Below, one piece after another: positions 36,766 through 44,410 of a stretch of DNA of 64,000 bases. Location: the NCBI GenBank assembly GCA_047456305.1, contig CP179888.1, positions 317,307 to 381,306 of the forward strand, written 5' to 3'. Below the pieces are notes generated by a model, which saw only the letters and a program-made list of their open reading frames with translations, searched no databases and had not been told where the DNA came from. The DNA is from Candidatus Nealsonbacteria bacterium. Its GTDB lineage: Bacteria > Patescibacteriota > Minisyncoccia > Minisyncoccales > CAZKCU01. The position numbers and the translations under genes were made by a program. How positions within the stretch are numbered: the first letter of the stretch is position 1; every line of letters begins with the position of its first letter.

Positions 36766-38721
36766 TCATTTCGCCTTTAATTTTTCTATACTTTCCGATA
36801 GTATCTGGCAATAAAGATTGAGACCGATTGAGTTTATGTTTCCTGATTGCTCTTTGCCCAAAATATTACCTCCTCCTCTCATTTCTAAATCTTTTAAAGC
36901 AATTCGATAACCTGAACCTAATTCCTCAGCTTCTTTTAAGGCCTGAAGTCTTTCTTCTGCCAGGGGAGAAAGTCTTTGAGGATATAAAAAGTAAGAGAAG
37001 GCCTGAATATGGGAACGGCCGATTCTTCCCCGGATTTGATAAGCTTCTGCCAGACCCAACCTTGTTGAATCAGCAACAATTAAAGTATTCACATTGGGCA
37101 AATCAAGGCCATTTTCAATAATAGTAGTCGCGACTAAAACATCAATTTTTTTATTCTGGAAATCTTCCATTACTTTGACTAATTCCTTTTCTTTTAATCT
37201 TCCATGAGCTATTCCAAATTTTGCTTTTGGAGATAAGTTTTCTAAAAACCTTTTTACCATTTCAATTGTTTCTATTCTATTATGCAAATAATAAATTTGG
37301 CCGCCTCTTTCAATTTCAGTTTCAATTGCTTCTTTAATTATTTTATCCTTGAAAGACAAAATAAAAGTTTTAACTGGCAATCTGCCAACCGGTGGAGTTT
37401 GAATCAGGCTAATATCTTTTAAGGAAGAGAGGGCCATATATAAAGTTCGGGGGATAGGGGTTGCAGAAAGGCTTAAAATATCTAAAGAGGCCCTTATTTT
37501 CTTTAATTTTTCTTTTTGCCTAACTCCAAATCTTTGTTCGTCATCAATAACCAATAGTCCCAAATTTTTAAATTCGACATCAGAAGACAAAATTCGGTGA
37601 GTGCCCACCGCTATATCAACTTTCCCATTTTTTAAATCATTAATTATTTCTCTCTGCTTTTTTTTGGATTGTAACCTGGATAGCATTGCTATTTTAACTG
37701 GTAAATTTTTTAATCGTCCCTTAAAATTTTGAAAATGTTGAGAAGCTAAAATAGTAGTTGGACAAATCATGGCTGCCTGATAGCCAGAATTAACTACCTT
37801 TATCATTGCCCTCAAAGCTACCTCCGTCTTTCCAAATCCAACATCGCCGCAAACAATTCTATCCATTGGTTCTGGCTTCTCTAAATCCTTTTTTATATCT
37901 TCAATTGCCTGGGATTGATCCGGAGTCTCTTCAAATTGGAAAGAAGAATTTATTTGGAGATTTATCTCATCTTCTGATAAATAAGGAGGACGAGTGACAA
38001 TTTCTCTAATAGCCGCAACCTCTAAAAGTTCTCTGGCTAATTTTTCAACTTCTTCCTTGATTTTTCTTTTTGTTCTCTGCCAGAGAGGAGAGCCGAGCCG
38101 GGAAATTTTTGGTTTAATAAAACCAATGTAGCGAGATAATTTTCTTTCTAATCCTACTGGAACATACAATTTATCTCCCTGAGCATATTCGAGTTGGTAA
38201 TATTGTTGATTGTTAATTGCTAATTGTCGATTGTATATTCCTATGCCGTGGTCTAAATGAACTAAATAATCTTTGGGCTTTAATCCCTTTAAATCGGAAA
38301 ATAGTTTTTGGGATTTTAATTTCTTTTTTAAAATCTCTTTTGATTTCTTCTCATCTTCAACCCTTATATCTAAAGATTCAATATTCTCAATTTGATTTCC
38401 AAAAAATTCAAAACGAACAGCTAAATTTAGATTTACTGGAAAAACATCAATAATTCCTCCTCTCTGGGAAAATTCTCCGGGTTCTGAAACTCTCAAAACT
38501 TTTTCATATCCCATCTCGTCCAATTTTCTTAAAAATTGAGAAAAATTGTAAATTTGATTTCTTTCTAAATATAAAGTATTGTCTTCAAAAAAAGATTGAG
38601 TTTTCTTGGCTTCTAAAATTTTTCTTAGATTTTCCTCAAACCAAAAAACAGGCTTTTCTAAAAAATAGGGGGTAAGCCCAACAATTAAGACTTTTTCTAA
38701 TCTTAATCTTGACAAATCCAT
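36766..38721 (-). CDS. mfd: transcription-repair coupling factor, compact form
   Basis: 651 aa; UvrB-like GEFSQRGGIIDVFP, RNAP-interaction region LVHLDHGIGIY, helicase motifs GDVGFGKTEVA, DDEQRFG, GRIGRS. Confidence 0.85.
   Translation of the reverse strand: MDLSRLRLEKVLIVGLTPYFLEKPVFWFEENLRKILEAKKTQSFFEDNTLYLERNQIYNFSQFLRKLDEMGYEKVLRVSEPGEFSQRGGIIDVFPVNLNLAVRFEFFGNQIENIESLDIRVEDEKKSKEILKKKLKSQKLFSDLKGLKPKDYLVHLDHGIGIYNRQLAINNQQYYQLEYAQGDKLYVPVGLERKLSRYIGFIKPKISRLGSPLWQRTKRKIKEEVEKLARELLEVAAIREIVTRPPYLSEDEINLQINSSFQFEETPDQSQAIEDIKKDLEKPEPMDRIVCGDVGFGKTEVALRAMIKVVNSGYQAAMICPTTILASQHFQNFKGRLKNLPVKIAMLSRLQSKKKQREIINDLKNGKVDIAVGTHRILSSDVEFKNLGLLVIDDEQRFGVRQKEKLKKIRASLDILSLSATPIPRTLYMALSSLKDISLIQTPPVGRLPVKTFILSFKDKIIKEAIETEIERGGQIYYLHNRIETIEMVKRFLENLSPKAKFGIAHGRLKEKELVKVMEDFQNKKIDVLVATTIIENGLDLPNVNTLIVADSTRLGLAEAYQIRGRIGRSHIQAFSYFLYPQRLSPLAEERLQALKEAEELGSGYRIALKDLEMRGGGNILGKEQSGNINSIGLNLYCQILSESIEKLKAK
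38200..38234. repeat. 7-nt periodic tandem array H9 inside mfd
   Basis: ATATTGT TGATTGT TAATTGC TAATTGT CGATTGT; translated (minus strand) NRQLAINNQQY. Confidence 0.75.
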
Positions 38722-38737
38722 TTTATTAAATTATAAT
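38709..38737 (+). promoter_or_regulatory. consensus sigma70-type promoter facing the small ORF cassette
   Basis: TTGACA (38709-14), 17-nt spacer, TATAAT (38732-37); overlaps the mfd start codon on the other strand. Confidence 0.5.
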
Positions 38738-38788
38738 ATAATATAATACTTCTTTTACAAGTTTTGGACTAAAGAATTAAACATTTTT

Positions 38789-38944
38789 CCTTCCAGTCTA
38801 CCTGTGAGTGGCTAAACCGAGTACATAAATTTTTTACGTGCTCGGGGATGGATTCTAAGCAATCCCTCCTTAAGCTTAGTAGCCTTAAGTTATGGATTGG
38901 AACTTTTGTTCTTAATTTATAGCGCTCGGAGGTAGACTGGAGGG
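38789..38944 (+). ncRNA. unclassified structured element (5' leader/sRNA, or MITE with 15-bp terminal inverted repeats)
   Basis: CCTTCCAGTCTACCT (38789-803) pairs with AGGTAGACTGGAGGG (38930-44), 14 Watson-Crick pairs plus 1 G:U; internal hairpins include D1 (38817-45) and GGATT-CTAAGC-AATCC. Confidence 0.4.
38817..38845. repeat. Family D hairpin, copy D1
   Basis: CCGAGTACATAAAT..ACGTGCTCGG, related to D2/D3 at 39296-39355. Confidence 0.6.
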
Positions 38945-38971
38945 TAAAAAGAAAATTAAAAAGGAGGCAAA

Positions 38972-39217
38972 ATGAAAATATGTGAAATTTGTGGCAATGA
39001 CGATTTGAGTGAGATCGAAGTTAGGATTGAAGAAAGCAGAGTTACGTTCAAGACATTTAAAGCAAACGACTTGAAAAATCCGATTAAGGTCGATGATGAC
39101 GTTCCAGAACATATAGTTAAGTCGATAGAAGCAGCAAAATGTACTAAGTGTGGAAACGAGTTTGACGGCGATGAGTTGGACAAGCTATCCAAAGAAATAG
39201 GGGTGTCAGTTTTCTGA
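38972..39217 (+). CDS. small zinc-ribbon-like protein (81 aa)
   Basis: CEIC near the N-terminus and CTKC about 55 aa later; strong SD AAAGGAGG 5 nt upstream; followed by a stem-loop; an antisense ORF also exists but lacks these signals. Confidence 0.5.
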   Translation: MKICEICGNDDLSEIEVRIEESRVTFKTFKANDLKNPIKVDDDVPEHIVKSIEAAKCTKCGNEFDGDELDKLSKEIGVSVF

Positions 39218-39221
39218 CGCA

Positions 39222-39280
39222 AAGCCGAGGCGAGGGGTGATTTAAGCTCCCTCTATTCCTTGTCTCGGCTTTTCTATTTA
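39222..39280 (+). terminator. stem-loop after the small ORF
   Basis: AAGCCGAG..(inner hairpin GAGGG/CCCTC)..CTCGGCTT followed by TTCTATTTATT. Confidence 0.4.
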
Positions 39281-39295
39281 TTAAATTTATTCATT

Positions 39296-39355
39296 CCAGA
39301 GCACATAAATATTATTTATGTGCTCGGCCGAGCACATATGTTATATGTGCTCTGG
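39296..39355. repeat. Family D hairpins D2 and D3 (tandem, mutually complementary)
   Basis: CCAGAGCACATAAAT ATT ATTTATGTGCTCGG then CCGAGCACATAT GTT ATATGTGCTCTGG; overlaps the last 13 codons and the stop of pth. Confidence 0.7.
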
Positions 39356-39906
39356 GCTTTTCCTAAACCTGATTTTAAAGAAAGCTCAATCGCCTCAACC
39401 GTTTTTTTAATCACTTCTTTAACTATCTTTTCTTCTTCTTTGTTAAATTTTTGAAGAACAAATTTTTCGGGATTTTTAGGTTTGCCAAACTTAGGTTGAA
39501 TGCCAATTCTAAACCTAACAAAATTTTTAGTTTCAATTTCTTTAATTATTGATTTCACTCCTTTGTGGCCAGCCGAACCACGATTTTTGACAATTCGGAT
39601 TTTACCCAGGGGCAAATCAATGTCGTCGTGAATTACTAAAACATTTGACATTTGACACTTAACACTTAACACTACTTTTTTTACTGCTTGGCCAGAGAGA
39701 TTCATAAAAGTAAGCGGTTTTGCGAGTAAAACTTTTTGGCTGTTAATCTCACCTTTACTAATTTCAGCCTGTAATTTTTTTATATTTTTCCAATCCGAAA
39801 ATTTGTCAATTGTTAATTGTAAATTGTCAATTGTCATAAAGCCAAGATTGTGGCGAGTTTTTTGAAATTTTTCTCCGGGATTACCCAGACCAAGGATAAT
39901 TCTCAT
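39316..39906 (-). CDS. pth: peptidyl-tRNA hydrolase
   Basis: LGLGNPG..TRHNLGF, MNLSG, GSAGHKG motifs. Confidence 0.9.
   Translation of the reverse strand: MRIILGLGNPGEKFQKTRHNLGFMTIDNLQLTIDKFSDWKNIKKLQAEISKGEINSQKVLLAKPLTFMNLSGQAVKKVVLSVKCQMSNVLVIHDDIDLPLGKIRIVKNRGSAGHKGVKSIIKEIETKNFVRFRIGIQPKFGKPKNPEKFVLQKFNKEEEKIVKEVIKKTVEAIELSLKSGLGKAQSTYNICARPST
39642..39676. repeat. 7-nt periodic tandem array H10 inside pth
   Basis: CATTTGA CATTTGA CACTTAA CACTTAA CACTACT; translated (minus strand) VVLSVKCQMSN. Confidence 0.8.
39800..39834. repeat. 7-nt periodic tandem array H11 inside pth
   Basis: AATTTGT CAATTGT TAATTGT AAATTGT CAATTGT; translated (minus strand) TIDNLQLTIDKF. Confidence 0.8.
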
Positions 39907-39936
39907 AGTTATTTAATTATAAGCAAAGCTTGAAGT

Positions 39937-39966
39937 TGGTCGTTCGGGCCCTCACTCCCAATTATA
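39937..39966 (+). repeat. Family B-like repeat, copy B4 (diverged)
   Basis: GGTCGTTCGGGCCCTCACTCCCAATTAT compared with GRACCGTTCGCTNNGCTCACTRTAAT; lies upstream of A7 and lepB. Confidence 0.45.
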
Positions 39967-40009
39967 CATCTTGTTGCAAAAATAAAAAATTTAACTTATA
40001 CTTAAAAAA

Positions 40010-40065
40010 GGCAGAGAGGACTTCGTCCTCTTCTTAACCTTCGCCATTATAAATAAAAGCTCGGT
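40010..40065 (+). repeat. Family A repeat, copy A7 (forward)
   Basis: AAGGC-AGAGAGGAC TTC GTCCTCTTC-TTAACCTTCGC-CATTATAAATAAAA-GCTCGGT; ends 2 nt before ATG 40068; hairpin 2 is replaced by AT-rich sequence. Confidence 0.75.
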
Positions 40066-40067
40066 GT

Positions 40068-40616
40068 ATGAAAAATTTCTTATCTTTCATCTGGGAGATC
40101 ACAAAAATCGTCATCGTTGCCTTAGTAATAGTTATTCCTATTCGTTATTTTTTATTTCAGCCATTTTTTGTTAAAGGCCAGTCAATGGAGCCGAATTTTG
40201 AAAATGGTGATTATTTAATTATTGATGAGATTTCCTATCGCCTTCGAACTCCCAAAAGAGGAGAAGTGATAGTTTTTAAATATCCGGAAAATCCTTCCCA
40301 GCGCTATATTAAAAGAATTGCCGGTCTTCCCGGAGAAACGATAGAAATAAAAGATGGTAAAGTTATAATTTTTGAAAATAATCAAAGACCCCTCGCTGCG
40401 GCTCGGGTATTAGATGAATCTGATTATCTTTCAGGAGATTTAATGTTTATTAATTACCCAGAGATTACTTTAGGCCCAGATGAATACTTTGTTTTGGGAG
40501 ATAATCGAGCAAGTACCTGGCGGGGAGTAGTTCCTCAGGGAAATATTATTGGCCGAGTATTTTTCCGCGCTTGGCCATTCACCGCCTTGGCAAAAATTGA
40601 AGCCCCCTCATATTGA
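40068..40616 (+). CDS. lepB: signal peptidase I
   Basis: N-terminal TM helix, GQSMEPN catalytic Ser box, YIKRIAGLPGE, GDNR. Confidence 0.85.
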   Translation: MKNFLSFIWEITKIVIVALVIVIPIRYFLFQPFFVKGQSMEPNFENGDYLIIDEISYRLRTPKRGEVIVFKYPENPSQRYIKRIAGLPGETIEIKDGKVIIFENNQRPLAAARVLDESDYLSGDLMFINYPEITLGPDEYFVLGDNRASTWRGVVPQGNIIGRVFFRAWPFTALAKIEAPSY

Positions 40617-40695
40617 TTAACGCAAGATTTAGAAGAAGATCGACACTAGATAATCTTACGTAAATCTTGTTTTAATCTCGTGTAAATCATTACAT

Positions 40696-41976
40696 ATGAA
40701 GAGACCTAAATTTCAAAGCCCGACAGGGATGCACGATATTTTGCCCGAGGAGCAGAAATATTTCCAGATAATTTATAATGTTTGTGAGGATATAGCCAAA
40801 TTTTACGGGTTTGGGAAAATAGATACCCCCATTCTTGAGGAAGCTGATCTTTTTTCAAGAGGGATAGGGCTCTCGACTGATATTGTCCAGAAACAAATGT
40901 ATAGTTTTAAAACTAAAGGAGATGATATTTTAGCTCTCAGGCCAGAATGCACAGCTCCAGTTGTCAGAGCCTATATTGAACATGGAATGTTTAATTTGCC
41001 CCAGCCCTTAAAGCTTTGGCATTGGGGCCCCTGTTTTCGATATGAGAGCCCTCAGGCTGGAAGATACCGTCAGTTCTGGCAATTTGGATTCGAGATTTTA
41101 GGAGAAAGAAGTCCGGTAATGGATGTTCAAATTATTCAAATTTTTTATAATATTTTAGAGAAAATTCGTTTAAAAAAATTAATTGTCGAGATAAATAGTA
41201 TCGGAGATAATCAATGCCGGCCTTATTATAAAAAACTTTTGGGAAGTTATTTTAAATCAAGAGCACAGTCTTTGTGTTCTAACTGTAAAAGGAGGCTTAG
41301 AGAAAATCCTTTGAGAATTTTAGACTGCAAAGAAGAAAAATGTCAGAGGATTAAAGCTCAGGCTCCCCAAATGATAGATCATCTTTGCGATGAGTGTCAC
41401 AATCATTTTAAGGAAGTTTTAGAGTTTTTGGATGAAATTGAATTACCTTATCGTCTTAATCCCTATTTGGTTCGGGGGCTGGATTATTATACTAAGACTG
41501 TCTTTGAGATATATTATGATGCTGAAGAAGGTAGAGGGCAGGATGCCCTTGTAGGAGGGGGGAGATATGATTCTTTAGTTAAACTTTTGAGAGGAAAAGA
41601 TACTCCTGCTGTCGGAGCAGCAGCCGGGGTAGAGAGGATTATTCAGGTAATGAAATCCAGAGATATAAAAATTCCAAAAGCGCCCGAAACTAAGGTTTTT
41701 TTGGCTCAATTAGGGGATTTAGCAAAAAGAAAGAGTTTAAAACTTTTTGAAGATTTCAGAAAAGCAAAAATTCCAATTTCTGAATCTTTTGGCCGAGATT
41801 CTTTAAAAGCCCAGCTGAACAGAGCTAATAGGCTTGGAATAAAATATACTTTAATTTTAGGACAAAAAGAGGCTCTGGAAGGAACAATAATAATTAGAGA
41901 CATGGCTACTGGAAAACAAGAAATAGTAAAGATGGATAAAGTGGTAGAGAAGATGAAAAAAAGACTTAAGAAATAA
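40696..41976 (+). CDS. hisS: histidine--tRNA ligase
   Basis: 426 aa; class II motifs (LRPECT, FRYESPQAGRYRQF, GGGRYD). Confidence 0.95.
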   Translation: MKRPKFQSPTGMHDILPEEQKYFQIIYNVCEDIAKFYGFGKIDTPILEEADLFSRGIGLSTDIVQKQMYSFKTKGDDILALRPECTAPVVRAYIEHGMFNLPQPLKLWHWGPCFRYESPQAGRYRQFWQFGFEILGERSPVMDVQIIQIFYNILEKIRLKKLIVEINSIGDNQCRPYYKKLLGSYFKSRAQSLCSNCKRRLRENPLRILDCKEEKCQRIKAQAPQMIDHLCDECHNHFKEVLEFLDEIELPYRLNPYLVRGLDYYTKTVFEIYYDAEEGRGQDALVGGGRYDSLVKLLRGKDTPAVGAAAGVERIIQVMKSRDIKIPKAPETKVFLAQLGDLAKRKSLKLFEDFRKAKIPISESFGRDSLKAQLNRANRLGIKYTLILGQKEALEGTIIIRDMATGKQEIVKMDKVVEKMKKRLKK

Positions 41977-41982
41977 CCAATT

Positions 41983-42309
41983 ATGGATTGTCTTTTTTGC
42001 AAAATCATTAAAAAGGAATTACCATCTGAAATCGTTTACGAAGACGATAAGGTTTTGGCTTTTAAGGATATTAACCCTCGGGCTCCCGTACACTTTTTAA
42101 TTGTTCCTAAAAAGCACATTCCTTCAGTAGACCATGTTGAGTTTCAAGACAAAGAGTTGATGGGAGATTTAATTTTAGCTGCCCAAAAAATCGCTAAAGA
42201 AAAAAAATTGAGAGGTTACAGATTACAGATTAATGTTGGCCGCTCAGCTGGCCAAATAGTTGATCACTTACACTTGCATTTACTTAGCCGAGCCGCAGGC
42301 GAAAGATGA
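41983..42309 (+). CDS. HIT family hydrolase
   Basis: CLFCKI start and histidine triad HLHLHLL. Confidence 0.85.
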   Translation: MDCLFCKIIKKELPSEIVYEDDKVLAFKDINPRAPVHFLIVPKKHIPSVDHVEFQDKELMGDLILAAQKIAKEKKLRGYRLQINVGRSAGQIVDHLHLHLLSRAAGER

Positions 42310-42334
42310 AGAAGAGATTTATCTCTTCGCCTAG
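42288..42334 (-). repeat. Family A repeat, copy A8 (reverse)
   Basis: CCGAGC-CGCAGG-CGAAAGATGAA-GAAGAGAT TT ATCTCTTC-GCCTAG; supplies the last codons (SRAAGER) and the stop of the HIT gene; 13 nt before the rpsU ATG. Confidence 0.7.
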
Positions 42335-42346
42335 TGAAAAACCAAT

Positions 42347-42565
42347 ATGATTTTAGAAGTTAAAAAACAAGAAAGGGAAAGTCCCCAGAGTTTAACTCGC
42401 CGCTTCTACCGCAGGGTTCAACAAAGCGGGATTTTGCATCGGGCAAGAAAAAACAGGTTTAGAAAGAGAAAAAAATCTGAACAGATGAAAAAGAGAGCAG
42501 CTTTAAGAAGAGAAGAGATAAAAAGAGAATATGAAAAATTAAGAAAATTGGGTAAACTAAAATAA
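42347..42565 (+). CDS. rpsU: 30S ribosomal protein S21
   Basis: 72 aa highly basic, L.RRF.R.....G pattern. Confidence 0.8.
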   Translation: MILEVKKQERESPQSLTRRFYRRVQQSGILHRARKNRFRKRKKSEQMKKRAALRREEIKREYEKLRKLGKLK

Positions 42566-42583
42566 GCCAGCGTTTTTCAGCAA

Positions 42584-43099
42584 ATGGAAAAAATAAAAGA
42601 AAAAATCCAAAACGATTTAAACCAAGCAGTGAAGAAAAAAGGAGAATTAGAATCTCTAGTTTTACGGCAGCTTTCAGCAGCTATTTTAAATAAAGAAAAA
42701 GAAAAAAGATATAAATTAAGCAAGGAAAAACCAGAACTGAAAGAAGCAGAATTGGCAAAAGAAAGTCAACTTACTGACCAAGAGATAATAGAAGTTATCT
42801 CTTCAGAAGTTAAAAAAAGAAAGGAAGCCTCTTCAGAATTTGAGAAAGGAAAAAGAATCGACCTGGCAGAGAGAGAAAAAAAAGAGATGGAAATTCTCGA
42901 AAAATATCTACCTGAGCAACTTTCTGAAGAAAAGCTTAAAGGATTAGTTAAAGAGGCGATTGCAAAAACTGGTGCTACAGAACCCAAAGATATGGGAAAA
43001 GTAATGGCAGAGCTAATGCCAAAAGTTAAAGGGAAAGCAGAAGGAGCTGTGGTAAGCAAAATTGTAAAAGAATTATTGACCCCAAAAGAGGAGATTTAA
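42584..43099 (+). CDS. GatB/YqeY domain protein
   Basis: 171 aa; L..A.K..D...L..LR...A; C-terminal MGKVM..L..K.KG.A.G pattern. Confidence 0.8.
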   Translation: MEKIKEKIQNDLNQAVKKKGELESLVLRQLSAAILNKEKEKRYKLSKEKPELKEAELAKESQLTDQEIIEVISSEVKKRKEASSEFEKGKRIDLAEREKKEMEILEKYLPEQLSEEKLKGLVKEAIAKTGATEPKDMGKVMAELMPKVKGKAEGAVVSKIVKELLTPKEEI

Positions 43100-43106
43100 T
43101 TTTAAA

Positions 43107-43949
43107 ATGACTTCCATTTCTAAAATTTGGACTGTAGTTGTTCTTACTATCTTTATTCTGGGAGGAATCTTAGTTTGGGAGTATTGGTTTTTTAAACAGG
43201 AAGAGGCAAAGGTATCTAAAGAAAAAGAAGAGGAAATAAAATTATCGCAAGAACTTACCCCTGAAATGATAGAGAAAAATGTCGGAGAGATAATTAATAA
43301 AGTGCTTCCTTTAAATTTTGATAGAAAAAATGCAGAATATCTTATTGATGATTTAAATAATGATGGATGGTTAGAAATTATTGTTACAGCTTGCCTCCCT
43401 ACTACAAAAGCTCAATATTATAAAAAAGCCTATCTTGGTGTCCTGAAAGTTCTTAACAAAAGAGGAGATTATCAAAAGATTGGAGAGCTTGAATTTGGGG
43501 AACCTGTTACCATATTCAGGGCTATCCCGAAAGTTGCTGAATTAGATGATTTAGAGAGCTTGCAAGATATTGATGGCGATGGTCAAAAAGAAATAATTTT
43601 ATATTTAGGAGCAGGAGGTGCTAGCAATGAAGCCTATGGAATCTTTGGTCTGGATTGGTCTAAACAAGAAATTAATTGGTTAAATATGCGTTACGAGTCG
43701 GGAGCTGTCCAGCCAACATTTCTCCTTAGAGGAGGATCAGTTATGCACCAGGAGACCTTCCAATTAAATGATATTGATGGAGATGGTAGATTGGAAATTA
43801 TCGAGAAAAACGGAGGATTTATAGGAAGCTCATTGGTAGAAGAGAAAGACTGGTTAAAAGAAGAAAATTGGCAATGGCAGAAAAAAGTATATAGGTGGGA
43901 TGGAGGAGTTTTTTCTTACGATAAAGAGCTTACTGAACAACTGGATTGA
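43107..43949 (+). CDS. membrane-anchored protein with FG-GAP/VCBS-like repeats
   Basis: N-terminal TM helix; DLNNDGWLEIIV, DIDGDGQKEIIL, DIDGDGRLEIIE repeats. Confidence 0.4.
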   Translation: MTSISKIWTVVVLTIFILGGILVWEYWFFKQEEAKVSKEKEEEIKLSQELTPEMIEKNVGEIINKVLPLNFDRKNAEYLIDDLNNDGWLEIIVTACLPTTKAQYYKKAYLGVLKVLNKRGDYQKIGELEFGEPVTIFRAIPKVAELDDLESLQDIDGDGQKEIILYLGAGGASNEAYGIFGLDWSKQEINWLNMRYESGAVQPTFLLRGGSVMHQETFQLNDIDGDGRLEIIEKNGGFIGSSLVEEKDWLKEENWQWQKKVYRWDGGVFSYDKELTEQLD

Positions 43950-43960
43950 GAACCATAAAG

Positions 43961-44007
43961 AGAACCGTTCACTTCGCTCACTGTAATTTGCTCCGCAAAT
44001 TAAAACT
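43961..44007 (+). repeat. Family B repeat, copy B2
   Basis: AGAACCGTTCACTTCGCTCACTGTAATTTGC TCC GCAAATTAAAACT, ends at ATG 44008. Confidence 0.7.
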
Positions 44008-44406
44008 ATGGTTGAAATTAATAATTTAACTACCAATCCAATTGATGAGGAATTTTTAAAGAGGGTTGCAAAAAAAGTTTTGGAAGGGGAAAATAAGAAA
44101 AAAGATAATTTATCTATTGTTTTAGTTGGCCAGGGAAGAATGAGAGAATTAAATAAAAAATATCGGAAGAAAAATAAAGTTACAGATGTTTTAACTTTTG
44201 GCGATGGGTTAAATGAAATTGTTATTTGTCTTCGGGAAGTGAAGAAAAATGCTAAGGGGTTTAAATCGAGTTTTGAAAAAGAACTGGCCCGGGTTTTAAT
44301 CCATGGAATTTTGCATCTTTCAGGATATAATCATGAAAGAAGCGAAATGAGAGCTAAAAAAATGGAAGACAAACAAAATTACTATTTATCCCGATTTAAT
44401 TTATAA
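44008..44406 (+). CDS. ybeY: rRNA maturation endoribonuclease YbeY
   Basis: HGILHLSGYNH zinc motif; 132 aa. Confidence 0.85.
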   Translation: MVEINNLTTNPIDEEFLKRVAKKVLEGENKKKDNLSIVLVGQGRMRELNKKYRKKNKVTDVLTFGDGLNEIVICLREVKKNAKGFKSSFEKELARVLIHGILHLSGYNHERSEMRAKKMEDKQNYYLSRFNL

Positions 44407-44410
44407 GAAT

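Noticed and set aside
38789-38944. Interpreting the 15-bp-stem element as a retron msr/msd, 6S RNA, SRP RNA or tRNA-like gene.
   Set aside because: There is no reverse transcriptase nearby, no SRP domain IV consensus (GGAA tetraloop/AGCA loop), no 6S-type central bubble architecture that I could draw, and no tRNA cloverleaf. It is kept only as an unclassified structured element.
38956-39222. 88-aa and 66-aa minus-strand ORFs antisense to the zinc-ribbon ORF, and the 64-aa + ORF at 39260-39454.
   Set aside because: The + strand 81-aa ORF has a strong SD, paired CxxC motifs, an upstream consensus promoter and a downstream stem-loop. The antisense ORFs have none of these, and 39260-39454 runs through the palindromes and antisense to pth. 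The coding strand of the cassette is still not proven.
40617-40695. T-box or other leader upstream of hisS (inverted repeat CAAGATTT..AAATCTTG).
   Set aside because: The region is only 79 nt, far shorter than a T-box leader. No specifier-loop or T-box consensus sequence could be seen. It is probably just a short hairpin or terminator remnant.
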